This document shows, in pieces, positions 38,479 through 51,445 of a DNA stretch of 64,000 nt. Every line of letters starts with the position of its first letter. The first letter of the stretch is position 1. Position numbers and translations under genes: made by a program. This stretch comes from Malacoraja senta (lineage: Eukaryota): positions 1 through 64,000 of the forward strand of contig JAXLNO010000320.1 in assembly GCA_038087875.1 (NCBI GenBank), given 5' to 3'. The notes under the pieces were generated by a model, which was given only the letters and a program-made list of their open reading frames with translations, had not been told where the DNA came from and did no database searches.

Positions 38479-39407
38479 TTCGGGAGACTTGATCCTGGTG
38501 AGTTAGGTGTGACAACAGTAGTTGGGTGAAGAAAGGGCGGCTGGGGGTGTAGACAATGGTTATGTAGTCATCATAATTATTTGTAAAGAGCGAATTTTGT
38601 GTATTATTTGACGTCTGTGGGGCATCCCAGAGCACTTCACTGCCAAGTTGAAGTGCAGCCAATGTTGTTTTGGCACTTTGCACACAGCAAGGTCGCCCAC
38701 AACAGATGAAATGAGTAACTAATTAAATTACATCTTTGGTGATGTCTGAGAGCGAATTGTTGACACAAACTACTGGAGTAACTCAGCGGGTCAGGCAGCA
38801 TCTCTGGAGAAAAGAAATAGGCGACGTTTCGGGTTCAGATTCTTCAGATTCACGTTGTGACTACTTGCATCCAGTAGAACAGAGTGAAGCCAAAAACCAA
38901 ACTGCTGGAAGAGCTCTGCGAGTCAAGCAGTATCTGGAGGCAAAGGGGGGTTTGATGTATCAGATGTGGCCAACTAGTTATGTATCCAAATGGGGTTTGA
39001 ATGTTCAACTGATGTATATGGATAGGACATCGAGAAGGGTCTCGACCCGAAACATCGCCAATTCCTTCTCTCCATAGATGCTGCCTCACCCGCTGAGTTT
39101 CTCCATCATTTGTCTACCATGGATAGGATGGGTTTGGAGGGTTATGGACCAAGCGTAGGCAAGTGGGACTAGGGTAGCTGGGACATTGTTGGCCGGTGTG
39201 AGCGAGTTGGGCCGAAGGGCCTGTTTCCACACTGTATCACTCTATGACTCCATGATGGTACCAGTTTAGAGATTACTTTTATCCATTGGCTGAAGCATAA
39301 TGAACTGATGCATAACTGTTTTAAACTCCTGCTTGAAAATATTTAGCCATGGATATTATGTTACCCTTTCCAACTCTTCTGAATCTTGTTGTTTGAGCCA
39401 GTAGATT

Positions 39408-39712
39408 GGGGCAGCACAGTGGCTCAACTGGCAGAGCCACTGCCTCACAGTGACAGAGACTCAGTGTTGTCCATGTGGAGGTTGCACGTTCTCCCCATGA
39501 CCATGTAGGTTTTCTCTGGGTGGTTCAGTTTTCTCCCACATTGGAAAGGCAGGAGGGCAGGAGGTTACTTGGCCTCTGAATATGTAGGAATCGGAGTGTG
39601 GGGGTAGATTGATGGGAATGAGGGAGAAGGGATGAGTGGAAATGGGTGTTTGATGGTCAGCATGGACTTGATGGACCAAAGAGCCAGTTTCCCTGCTGCA
39701 TTGCTCTGTGAC
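39408..39712 (+). mobile_element. tRNA-derived SINE (degraded)
   Basis: Head GGGCAGCACAGTGGCTCAACTGGCAGAGCCACTGCCTCACAG, SINE body and CR1-like tail. Confidence 0.7.
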
Positions 39713-39719
39713 TTTTTGA

Positions 39720-40320
39720 AGTGGCGTTTTGAAGACCCTTCTTCAGACTGGTTAGGGATAAGGGAAACAAGAGATATAGACGATGATGTAGAGCGATAAA
39801 GAACGATGCTGGGTTAAAATATGGTTGTAGAGTAGGAGGCATCACAGAGGGGGAGCAGCGAGAGAGGATGTTGTAGAACTCTCGATAAGGGAAACTTCTG
39901 AAGAAGGGTCTTGACCCAAAACATCACCCACTCTCTCCAGTGATGCTGCCTGTCCTGCTGAGTTACTCCAGTTTTTTTGTGTCTATCTTCAGTTTAAACC
40001 TGCATCTACAGTATCTTCCTACACATTTTGTTTGCTCCATTGCGAAATCTCCTCAAGGTATGTCTACTTTGAAGAAGTTCTCTCTCCGACAAGAGTTCTG
40101 CAACATCCTCTCTCACTGCTCCCCCTCTGTGATGCCTCCTGTTCTCCGACCACGTTTTAACCCAGCATTGTTCTTTCTCTCTTCATCATCGTCTATATCT
40201 CTCATTTCCCTTATCCCTAACCAGTCTGAAGATGGGTCTGACCAGAAACATCACCCATTTCTTCTCTCCAGAGATGCTGCCTGTCCTGCAGAGTTACTCC
40301 AGCTTTTTGTGTCTATCTAA
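39720..40320. mobile_element. Penelope pLTR cluster (one inverted plus two tandem copies)
   Basis: 39720-39898 is the reverse complement of about 40073-40255. pLTR cores lie at 39898 and 40226 (+) and about 39722-39747 (-). Confidence 0.75.
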
Positions 40321-42101
40321 GGTTTGGGGCAGGGGGGATATGGGCCAAATGGATGAGCTTAAATTTGGCAAATTGGTGTGCATTAACTCGTTGGGTCGAA
40401 GGGTCAGTGTGTTCGGTTATTGCAGACCTAGGCTGTTGAGCAGTAATGTACAGCTAGAGTACTCCTCGGCCTGAATAATAAACCAGCTGAACCAATGCTA
40501 ACGTGTATCCACCCGCAGAGGTGTGAACGTTGCTGTAAAGTTACACACCGACAAGCCTTTGACTGTGGGATGCAAGCGTCCATGCTGCTCCGGCTGCCAT
40601 GTCTGGCCTGGGACAGGGCTTTAACCAAGGACTGAACACCCGAAGCACTCGACTACTTGTCCTTTTATTAAAAAAGGAACATTTGTAATATGAGCCGACC
40701 TTTCTTCATCTGTGATATTATATAAATGGATATTCAACAAAATCTCCTCCCAGAATACCAACGTTGGTATTAAAAACATGCGTCGGAATGAGGCGGGGGT
40801 CTTGTAGTTTGTAACACAGTGTTCGGATCGGTTTTTGTTTGACCTTTAAGTATTGCTCAGATCTGGTGAGCGGCGGGTGAATTCGTTTGCCCTAATGTGT
40901 GTATTAAAGTGTAAAATCCCGCGCACCACCTTTCTGCAGGAATTCTGTGTCCTGCATTATTGCCGAGCTCGGTTAGAAGCTTTCCGCCGGAGCAGGAAAT
41001 AAGGCAGCAAGAGCTGCTTGTAAGGAGCGTGTCCTACAGCGGCGTATGGTCGTGAACTCCCTGTTCGTGGAGCTGCCTCTTAACCCCATTCGTAGGAGCT
41101 TTGATAATCGCGATTTCGAACTAAATCGAGTTGGGTGTTGCGTCTGGATATTTAGTTTTGGTCCCCGGCTGCTGAAACGCCACGGCAGGTGGACGAGGGC
41201 TGGCAGCGAGCGGTTGGTTGCGCTGCTCTCTGAACGAGGTCGCATTAAGAGATGTTTCCGAAAGTGGGTGCGGCCCAGCACCACACTTGTAGCTAGTTTT
41301 TGTGTGTTAATTCCAAAGACGGCGCTGACAAACCGCACGCACAGGTCCATCAGCTCGACCTGTGCCACCACGCATCTTTTGCATCTAATTTGCGGGGGCT
41401 TGAGAGATCGTAATACCTCCTGAATTTTAATGGAACATTTCCGCTTTAAACTTCCTTTTATGGAACTGGTACAAATTTTGGCCGTCCATTTGTATATTCT
41501 TTCTAAATCCAAGAGAAAAACAGCCAAACGATTTAAGATTACACAAGGTTTTATAGCCACGTAGAGATGTAAGAGACTGCTGGAACCCCAAACAAACAAT
41601 CTGCTGGAGGAATTCAGTAACTCTCCCATCCCATTGTACTGCAGTTGGTTACCTTTTTCATTCCACATATTTATAAACCAGAACAATCAAAATGCTGGAA
41701 CACTCAGCCAGTCCGGCTGCATCTGCAGTAAGCAGCAGTTTATGTCTCAAATCAAAACCCTCAGGTTTCATGCATCTGTGGCTTTCACATAACCCAAAGA
41801 TACACACAAAAACCTGGAGTAACTCAGTAGGTCAGACAGCATCTCTGAAGAAAAGGAATAGGTAACGTTGTGGGTCGAGACCCTTCTTCAGATCTGAAAC
41901 GTCACCTTTTCTCCAGAGATGCTGTCTGACCCACTGAGTTATTCCAGCTCTTCGGTTTAACCCACCATCTGCAGTTCCTTCCTACACATTTCATATAACC
42001 CATGTTGGTTTATATTGAAAGTGGTCTGATCCTCAGCTATTGCACCATATCTGACAGTTTCCTTCAAGTGCCAATAAGCCAATTCAAACCAAATCATGGC
42101 G

Positions 42102-42296
42102 CAGACTCGAATGGCATGATGTGCTAATCCTGCTATTTAAATCTAGGTGGTTAGTAAGATGGCAAAGTCACAGAGGGTTTTGAAATAAGCCATCATTTTT
42201 TTAATTCCCCACTTTCAAAACCCTCTGTGACTTTGCCATCTTACTAACCACCTAGATTTAAATAGCAGGATTAGCACATCATGCCATTCGAGTCTG
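42102..42296. repeat. Perfect 84-bp inverted repeat with 27-bp spacer
   Basis: 42102-42185 is the exact reverse complement of 42213-42296. Confidence 0.95.
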
Positions 42297-45200
42297 TTCC
42301 ATTTGTTGTCATAGCCATTCTTCCTCAGCACTATCCCTTTACCCCCATTTCCTTAATGTCCAGAAATATTAAATTGTTGTAAATAGATTCCAAAAGTTCA
42401 CCCTCGTAAGAAATCTGTTCTAAACAACTTACCCCTTTTCCTTTCAGACTGCCTCCTGGATGTAGACTCAACATAAAACCCTTAAATAGGTTTGAGATCT
42501 CATTCTTTGAAAACTTTACACCATGCTTTAAGTATAATCAACCACTCTTGCTATAAACCTGCCATTCCTTGAACCAGTTTAGCAAACTGCCATTGCATTC
42601 CCTCTGAGGCAAGTATATTCTTTCATAGACACAAGGAACCATAAATGCTCATTTATAAAATGCTGGAGTAACTCAGCAGGTCAGGCAGCATCTCTGGAGA
42701 ACATAGGTAGGCAACATTTTTTTACTCAATTAATATAATTCAGTGTGAATAAGGGTCTTGACCCGAAACACCTATCAACGTTCATGCTCACCTAACCCGC
42801 TGAGTTACTCTAGCACTTTGTATCTTTTTCTATATCCGTAGTTAAGATACCAAAGCTGTACACAATACTCCAGGTGCAGTCTTACCAAGGATCTGTGCGA
42901 TTGAGATAATAATGACTCCTTAAAGGTGGACGTGCCATTTGCCCCTCTAAATCAGTTGATGCGGTTGAATTGTAACTGAATGTTGGCCTTTAGTGACACT
43001 CTTTGAACCTTGCTCCACTCAATCTCCTGTCGTTTAACAAATTCTGCTGTTCTGTTAAGTATACTAAAAAGGATGACACCACATTTCCCATGTTGTATTC
43101 CATTTGTCATTTTCTCACTAATTGTTAGCTCTCTGTATCTGCATCAATACACATTCCCACCAAGATTATATAATTATCAAATTTAAAAATATTTAGTTCC
43201 AAGTCAAATTGTTGATAGATTGAAAGCATCAATCCACGTGATATCCCACTTACCATTGCTTGCCAACTATTTCATTCTAATCTTTGTTTAATAACTAATT
43301 ATCTCCTTGTTGATCAACTTGTGGGGAAGTTGTTGAACTCTTACCCAAAATCCAAATACTTTATACACACTAGTTTACCATTATCTATGCTACTGCTCAC
43401 ATCGTCAAAGAATAGTTAAACATGACTTTTCTTTTATTAATCCATATTGGTTCTGGTACATCCTGTTATTATTTAATGTCTATTTTTATTGCTCTTCGTC
43501 CTTTCCTTTTCACCCACTAAAGCTCCTAGTCCATTTCTTGTCAAGCAAGTCTTCTCTCAGTCATCAATTTCTTGGTCTTGTGTGCAGTTCCAAAATGTTC
43601 CCAATCCTGAACCATACTGCCATCCTTACAAACCTCTTAGATTTAACAGTTTCCTTTGTTAAAGAGATTAACCACTTCCTGTTGGTTTTTGCCTTACATT
43701 TCTGAATTACTTTAATTGCTCGGAAGGTGTGACAGGCAAGATGTTCTCCCAGTCAACCACAACCAGCACCCAACATGCCTTCTTTTATTTAAACCTACAT
43801 TCTGTCTTGATTTTGAAAGTAAATAATTTGTTCAGTTAAATTGTCATACATATGGTCACTTTCAGGAGCTCTTAATTGTAACATCACCTTTTTTTATTAT
43901 TATGCAAAAAGATCAAATATATTTTACCAGTTGGTACCTCAATATATTGATCAAGAAAAGGATCTTTATTATTATTTATTTATTTGTCATTTGGACAAAT
44001 TTGTCATTTGGACCCCTTGAGCTCCAAACGAAATATCGTTTCTGCAGCCATACATTACAAAACGAAGAAGACCCGAGACACAACACAATTTACACATCCA
44101 TCCATCACAGCGCTGTGATGGAAGGCAAAAAAACGTATCTCTCCACTGCACTCCCCCCCCACCCCGATGTCAGAGTCAAAGTCAAAGCCCCCGGCGGGCG
44201 ATGGTGATTATCCCGCGGACATTAAAGCCACGCCGGTTAATGCAAGGTCGCGCACCGGGTCTTGGTGTTAGAGCCCCGGCGCGCGCACGCAAAGGACCGC
44301 GGCCACGCCAAGCCGCGCGGGGCGACTATGTAAAGCCCCGCTCCAGGTGCTCTTCAACCCCGCAACTCGGGCGGGAGAAGTCGCCGCTGCGGAAGCCCCG
44401 AAAAGCGGTCTCCCCCCAGGGACCCACGGGCTTCCGGTGTTGCCGTCCGCCAGACCCGCGGTTGTAGCCTCCGAATCTCCGGGGGTCGGGTAGCAGCAGC
44501 GATTATTTCCACCACAGCTCCACCCGCTCCGGACTCGGCCAGCCCCGTGACGGTGAGTAGTCCTTATAAACATCCCCAAAAATAATCTTCAACCTTATTA
44601 CAGCAGTCTTTGCAAGTTACTCTCACGGTTTTGGCAGTACTTCACATAACTTATGATATGCAGCTACTATTTGGTGGCCAATAAATAACTCCTACCAATG
44701 TTTTCTGCCCTTTGCTATTTCTTAGCTTGACAAAAAATAATTCCAGTTCGAATTCATGATCAGTCACTCCAAGAACATTTCTCACCACTGTACAGATCCC
44801 CATCATTAATAATGTTACACCACCCACTTTCTTTTGCCCATTCTACCCATGTATCAAACACTAAAATATTTAGTCCTTGGTCACCCTACAGCCATGTTTC
44901 TATAATGACAAATCATATCCATTTCCTTCTATTTGTTGTTTAATTCCATTGTAAATGCTGTAAACATTCGAATATAGTACCAACCATTCAGTTTGGCTTC
45001 AACATTTTCTCTGCTTTGACCCTCTTTGTTGCTCGACTTGATTTTGTCATTTATTTTACTTGCTACTTTTCTAATTTCCACTCTTAACTTTTCCCGAGGA
45101 AAGTACCCCTTCACCTGCCATCTAGTTTTTGACACTCTTCTTCCACCCCTCCTATGCCGTTGAGCAGTTGGAGCTCCACACTTCTGGCCGACTACATTCA

Positions 45201-46860
45201 ATGACCTGTCCCACCAACAGTTTGAAAAAGGAACATTTGTCAGAATCAGAGAGTCAGGGTACTCATGCCCCATCAAAATGCACAATGTCTAAATTGTTTT
45301 GCCCGACCTAGCCTAGAAACATTCTAATATCTCACAAATCTACAACCTTCCCTCTTGCAGTCTGCTCCCCTCCAATTCCTGTACTCAGCGTGTTGCTTCA
45401 AGTACGCCTGATATTATTTCATTTGAGCACCTGCTTTTTGAACTTTCTTGTTCTCCAAAATCTAGCAGTAGGAAAATACACTGAAAGAACTCAGCCAGTC
45501 AAGCAGCATCTGTGGAAAGAGGGAAAGAGGGAACATTTTGAGTCGGCAACCCTTCCTCAGAACTGGGAAAACAGTAGAGGAGTTACAATCCTCAAAGCAG
45601 AACTGTGGGAAAGAGGGAGTGTCAGACATAAAACTATTAGGCAGATCAAGCGATAAGGAGCACATACTGGCCATTAGCAAGGCACTTTAAGTAACAGGTA
45701 GGAGCATAAGCATAATGGGATACAGTGAAAGCAGTTTGCCCAAAATTGGAGAATTTGCTGTGAGACCAGAACAGTACAGCACTAGAACAGGCTCTTCAGC
45801 CCACATTTTCTGTGCCAAATCGGATGTCAGGACCAAATATTTTCTGCCTGCACATAATCCATATCCCTCTATATCCATGTGCCTATGCAAGTTGCTAAAT
45901 GCCACTATCAATGCTAGCAGCACATTCCAGGCACTCGCCACCCCAGGAAAAAACACTTGCCCACATCTTTAAACTTTGCCCTTCTCACCTTAAGGCAATG
46001 CCCTCTAATCTTTGACATATCCATCCATGGGAACAAGGTTCTGATAGTTTACCATGTCTATGCCCTTCACAATGTTATCTACTTTTATCAGGTCTCCCCT
46101 TATCCTCCAACTAGAAAGTTACCAAGTGCCCAGACAGAAGCTAAAACATTGTTCTAGTTACCTTGAGCTAAAGGGTCACTGAATCAAAATTGGTTTCTTT
46201 CTACAGATGCTACATGGCTAGTTGAGTTCTTCCAACATTTCGGCATTTGTTTCTGTCCTGACATCTATCTCTATTTGTTTCATTTGGGATCATGGCTTCC
46301 AGCTGGTCACTCTCCATATTCAGCATACTCTGCAGCCAGAGTTATCCTTGACCCTGGTACTAGGGAGTTAACATACTATTAGAGTCACAAATATATATTA
46401 CTAACTATTGACCCAATGTCACTCTTGTTCTCACTCTTCTTCCACCCCTCCTATGCCGTTGAGCAGTTGGAGCTCCACACTTCTGGCTGACTACATTCAA
46501 GGACCTGTCCCACCAACAGTCTGAAAAAGGAACATTTGTCAGAGTCAGAGAGTCAGGGTTCTCATGCACCACCTGCCCACCCCTGCTTATCTTCAAGTCA
46601 CTCATGTCCCTTTGTCACTCTGAAGCTGTAGTATGGTCACATCCCCAAATAGAATCTCCATAAAATGCTCACCCTCAGATGCACTCCTACAGAACGCAGA
46701 GCTCCAACTGGATTCAATTCCTGTAAATGTGGTTGTCTGGAACATTGGAGGCATGCATAACCTCCCTTATGATAGGAGAGCCAAGCACTCCTGCCCTACC
46801 TCATTCTCACAAGTAACCTACAAACTGTCAGAAAATGCTCTCTTACTACTTACCTAACTT
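42260..46860 (-). mobile_element. Very old, long CR1 LINE remnant with several nested younger insertions
   Basis: Scattered degenerate CR1 segments, e.g. CTGTACACAATACTCCAGGTGCAGTCTTACCAAG (LEYCVQ) at about 42855. Confidence 0.5.
43966..44570 (-). mobile_element. GC-rich non-autonomous retroelement with LINE-like 3' end
   Basis: The 3' end is related to 33144-33350 (CATCCACCACAG.G...CTGTGATGGA.GGCAAAA), with a (TTTA)n tail and CpG-rich body. Confidence 0.55.
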
Positions 46861-48559
46861 GCATTATTGCCAAACCATAACTCACGACAGCAACCCCCTG
46901 TGATTTCCCATTTCATCTTTTTAAACACCTAAGCAGCACTCAGTGAGTCAGCTGATTTCAATTGAAAGATTTCCGTTTGGAACAAGCCTCCCATTTACAA
47001 ATACATACATCCCTCCCCTCACTCCTCTAATTCTGGCCTCTTCATCGTCCCATTTTTAATTACCGAATTTGTGTATAGAACCAACGCCCTGAGTTCCCTA
47101 ATTTTGTTTTACCTCTCTCCCTAACTGACTTTCTTCTTTTAAGACGTTCCTTAAAATCTACTTCTTTGACCAAGCTCTTATAGATCCACTTTTGGCCTTA
47201 CCCGGTACAGTGTTGCACCATATTATTGTGGCATTAACAGTGTTTGTTTCTGTACTGGCGGTGAAGGAGCAGTATAGTCGCAGACTTCGTCAACTTTTTA
47301 TGACCAGGAGAGGAATGAAAATACTGATTGGTAATTGGATCCATTTTCTATTCTGCATGAACCACCATATTGAATAATGTGAATACACATTGATGGGTCT
47401 GGAATTTCTAAATTTATTTTTTGAGGTTTTAGCATTTTTTATCAATTAGTGTTTGGCAAACACAACAAAATCAACATTTCAACAAAGTCTTGGGCTGAAG
47501 TCAGTTCTGCTTCACGGTGCTGCAAATTTGGTGATTTGAAATCTACCTGTCCTGCATCAGCCAGAAGTATGAAACTTCAACTGCATAGGAGGGGAGGCAT
47601 GGTGCTATAAGCCGGTCTGAATGCTGCTGCTTTTAAGGATAGTGGATTATATCATTAATGCTGGTGCTTTATTCAAATATACACATGAGTTGAAGCAAGC
47701 CTGCACAGCCGCGAGAAAATGTGTTTAGCAGCAGAAGTGATCCCATCAGTAATAGTGTCTCATTGTCTTTCTTTGCCTTAGCATCGATACAATGGTGGAA
47801 AACATTAACTTATTTCTGTCAGCCACTGAAATGGCTGGATTGAGATTCCCTTGCACTAAATGACTTTGGTAGAACTTTATTTTCTTTCTGGAAATTGCAT
47901 ACCCCTTATAAACAAGCAAATAGGGATTCAGTACAGGAAAGTGGTGCTGAAATTAAGCCTCTGGAGCCTTTTATCATTTGATCAGTTAAATTCGAATATT
48001 CCAAGTTTTGGGGATCTAATGAGCAAACTATCACAGACATCAGACCTGTCAGAAAAGGTATGTGCATGAATTTTACTTGGCATTGTGTAGCTAAGTAAGA
48101 GATTGGTTCTTATCCAATTGCAAGATTTCCTGTTTGACTTTTAGAATATAAATTTTTACTTTGCTACTAATCCTCCTCAAGATGAGGACTGACTGTTTAT
48201 CGAACAGAATGCTTGTATTCACATTTCTTTTTGCAGTTATATATTCCATATATGTTTCAGTATTCAGCAGTTGTTGGTCAGGTTTAATCATTATGAAGAG
48301 CAAGTGCCACAGATTTGATGCATCCTAATATTGCTTTGGAGTTAATGAAGGTTAAGAGCACTTAACAATTTGTAGAACTGCATTTTTAAATGACAATCAT
48401 TTTTTTAATAACAAATATGTGAAGAGTCTGGTCAGTAAAATATCCTAATGTAGAAGCAGGTAACCGTTAAAGCATATAGGTTCAGAATGTCTATGGCACC
48501 TGCAAATGAATGTCAAATGGTCATTGTACAGCACAACCCTCAACCAAATAGTTATGGCC

Positions 48560-50392
48560 AAATAGATACTTCATCAACTCCTACGCCCTGCCCGCCCGAG
48601 CCTCCAGCCTCATCGTTCCCCAGCCCCGAAAGGCCCGATTTTACCTTCTCCCCAAAATCCACAAACCTGACTGTCCTGGTAGGCCCATTATCTCTGCCTG
48701 TCCGTGCCCTACCGAACTCATTTCCACATACCTTGACTCCATCCTATCCCCCTTGGTTAAATCCCTCCCTACCTATGTTCAAGACACCTCAGACACTCTC
48801 CGTCGTCTCCGCGCATTCCATTCTCTAGGCCCCCATCCTCTCATCTTCACCATGGACGGCCAGTCACTCCACACCTCCATCCCCCACCAGGATGGTCTCA
48901 AAGCCCTCCGGTTCTTCCTCGACCGGAGGAGCCACCTATACCCGTCCACTGATACTCTCCTCCGCCTAGCGGAGTTGGTCCTTACCCTCAATAACTTCTC
49001 GTTTGACTCCTCCCATTTCCTCCAAATACAAGGCGTAGCTACGGGCACGCGCATGGGCCCCAGCTACGCCTGCCTCTTTGTCGGGTACGTCGAACAATCC
49101 TTGTTCGAGGCGTACCACAGCGCCATCCCCGACCTCTACCTCCGCTACATCGACGACTGCTTTGGTGCCACCTCCTGCACCCACACACAACTGACTGACT
49201 TCATCCACTTCACCACCAACTTCCATCCGGCACTCAAATACACCTGGAATATTTCCGACACTTCCCTACCATTCCTTGACCTCACTATCTCCATCGCAGG
49301 TGATAGACTTCTGACCGACATCCACTATAAACCTACTGACTCCCATGGCTATCTTGACTACTCGTCCTCCCAACCTGCTTCCTGTAAGGACTCCATCCCC
49401 TATTCCCAATTACTCCGTCTACGCCGCATCTGCTCCCAGGATGAGGTGTTCCACACCAGGGCATCGCAAATTCCCTCATTCTTCAGGGAACGGGGGTTCC
49501 CCTCCCCCACTATAGATGAGGCTCGCACTAGGGTCTCCTCCATACCCCGCAACACTGCTCTCTCTCCCCATCCCCCCACTCGCAACAAGGGCAGAGTCCC
49601 CCTGGTCCTCACCTTTCACCCCACTAGCCGTCACATACAACAGACAGTCCTCCGTCAGTTTCGCCACCTCCAACGTGACACCCACCACTCGCCACATCTT
49701 CCCATCTCCCCCCCTGTCTGCCTTCCGGAAAGACCGCTCCCTCCGTAACTCCCTTGTCAATCCTTCCCTTCCCTTCCGCTCCACCCCTTCCCCTGGGCAC
49801 TTTCCCTTGCAACCGCAAGAGATGCTACACTTGTCACTTTACCTCCCCCCTCGACTCCATTCAAGGACCCAAGCAGTCGTTCCAGGTGCGACAGAGGTTC
49901 ACCTGCACCTCCTCCAACCTCATCTATTGCATCCGCTGCTCTAGATGTCAGCTGATCTATATCGGTGAGACCAAGCGTAGGCTTGGCTATAGTTTCGCCG
50001 AACACCTCCGCTCGGTCCGCACTAACCAACCTGACCTCCCGGTGGCTCAGCACTTCAACTCCCCCTCCCATTCCGTATCCAACCTCTCTGACCTGGGCCT
50101 CCTCCACGGCCGGAGTGAGCAACACCGGAAATTGGAGGAACAGCACCTCATATTCCGCTTGGGTAGTCTGCATCCTGGTGACATGATCATTGAATTCTCA
50201 CAATTCCGTTAACCCTTGCTGTCTCCTCCCCTTCCTATCTCTCCCTCGGGCTCCTCCTCCTTTTCCCTTTCTTCTCCCCGCCTCCCCCCACCCCCTATCA
50301 GTCTGAAGAAGAGTTTCGACCCAAAACGTTGCCTATCTCCTTCGCTCCATAGATGCTGCTGCACCCGCTGAGTTTCTCCAGCATTTTTGTGT
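48560..50392 (+). mobile_element. Penelope-like retroelement: RT plus GIY-YIG endonuclease (frameshifted), 3' pLTR
   Basis: RT motifs QIQGVATGTRMGPSYA and YLRYIDDCF; GIY-YIG motif LIYCIRCSRCQLIYIGETKRRL. The direct repeat ACCAAATAGTTATGGCC at 48543-48559 and 50393-50409 is the TSD. Confidence 0.95.
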
Positions 50393-50827
50393 ACCAAATA
50401 GTTATGGCCGATCACTTGAAAACACAATAGCACAAAGGCTCAAGGTTCAGCTATTATAGAAGCTAAAACACACTGCTAAAGGAACGCAGTGGGCTGAGCA
50501 GCATCTGTAGACGGAAAATGATTGTTTTGGGTGGAAATCATGCATCAGTTCTGAGTTCACACTATTACATGTTCTAGAATTATCTTAGGTCTTTGAAATA
50601 GGTCTGACTTTATTTGATGAAAGTTACAAATGGCAAGTTGATATCTGTGGATAAAATGCAGTTACAACATGAACCAAAAACTCAAAATGGTGGAAATGCT
50701 GAGCAGGTCAGGCAGCAACCATGTAAAGGGAAACAGGTCATGTTTCAGGTCAAAGACACATTATAAGTCCTGAGAAGAGTCTTTGATGTGAAATGTAACT
50801 GTTTCTCTTTCCACAGTAGCTCCTTAA

Positions 50828-51445
50828 TGGGCCTGTCCCACTTACGCGACTTTTTAGGCGACTACAGGAGACTGTGAGGTCACCACATGTTCGCCTGAGG
50901 TTGCCTGGGTGTCGTCTGCATAATGGTGAGTAGTTCCCGCATTCTCGGAACGAGTCGCGGCTTCATTCTGGTCGCCGCTAATTTTTCAACATGTTGAAAA
51001 ATTAGCGGCGATCAGAATTTGGACGCCATGGAGCGTTGCAAGAATTCTCGTGCCGTAGGTGCAGTGGTAGTGGGTCGCCAGGAGGTCGTAGGTTCTCGCA
51101 GGTGCTGACCGGTGAATTTCATTAGCTCATTGGGGGAAAAAAACGTGAACAGTAGTTTTCAGAACCAAGGATAACGTACCGGTAAAAATATTCATTTCTG
51201 CCGAGCTTCACAGCCGTGTATCTCTGGCTTCTTAATAGTTGTCTCCACTCCTTTCCACCCCTTCTCCCCCCTCTTTTAAAGGACTTAAGTGACCCTTCCC
51301 ATACACTGTGCTATCACCATCTTAATTACAGCGCCAACCTTCCTGTTCATCGTGGTGTGTGTCTGTATCACATTGGCTTTGCACCGTGTGAATTTCACTC
51401 AGATAGCGCTGCCCCCGCTTGTAACCGAGGAAAAGTCGTCATAAA
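50828..51445 (+). mobile_element. PIF/Harbinger-like non-autonomous element, right end missing
   Basis: TAA|TGGGCCTGTCCCACTTACG, the same TIR family as 56362; CpG-rich body. Confidence 0.65.

Noticed and set aside
40973..41686. 237-aa protein-coding gene or endogenous viral ORF
   Set aside because: No recognisable domain, a non-ATG start, and its 5' part runs into pLTR repeat sequence. Kept only as part of the CpG-island finding.
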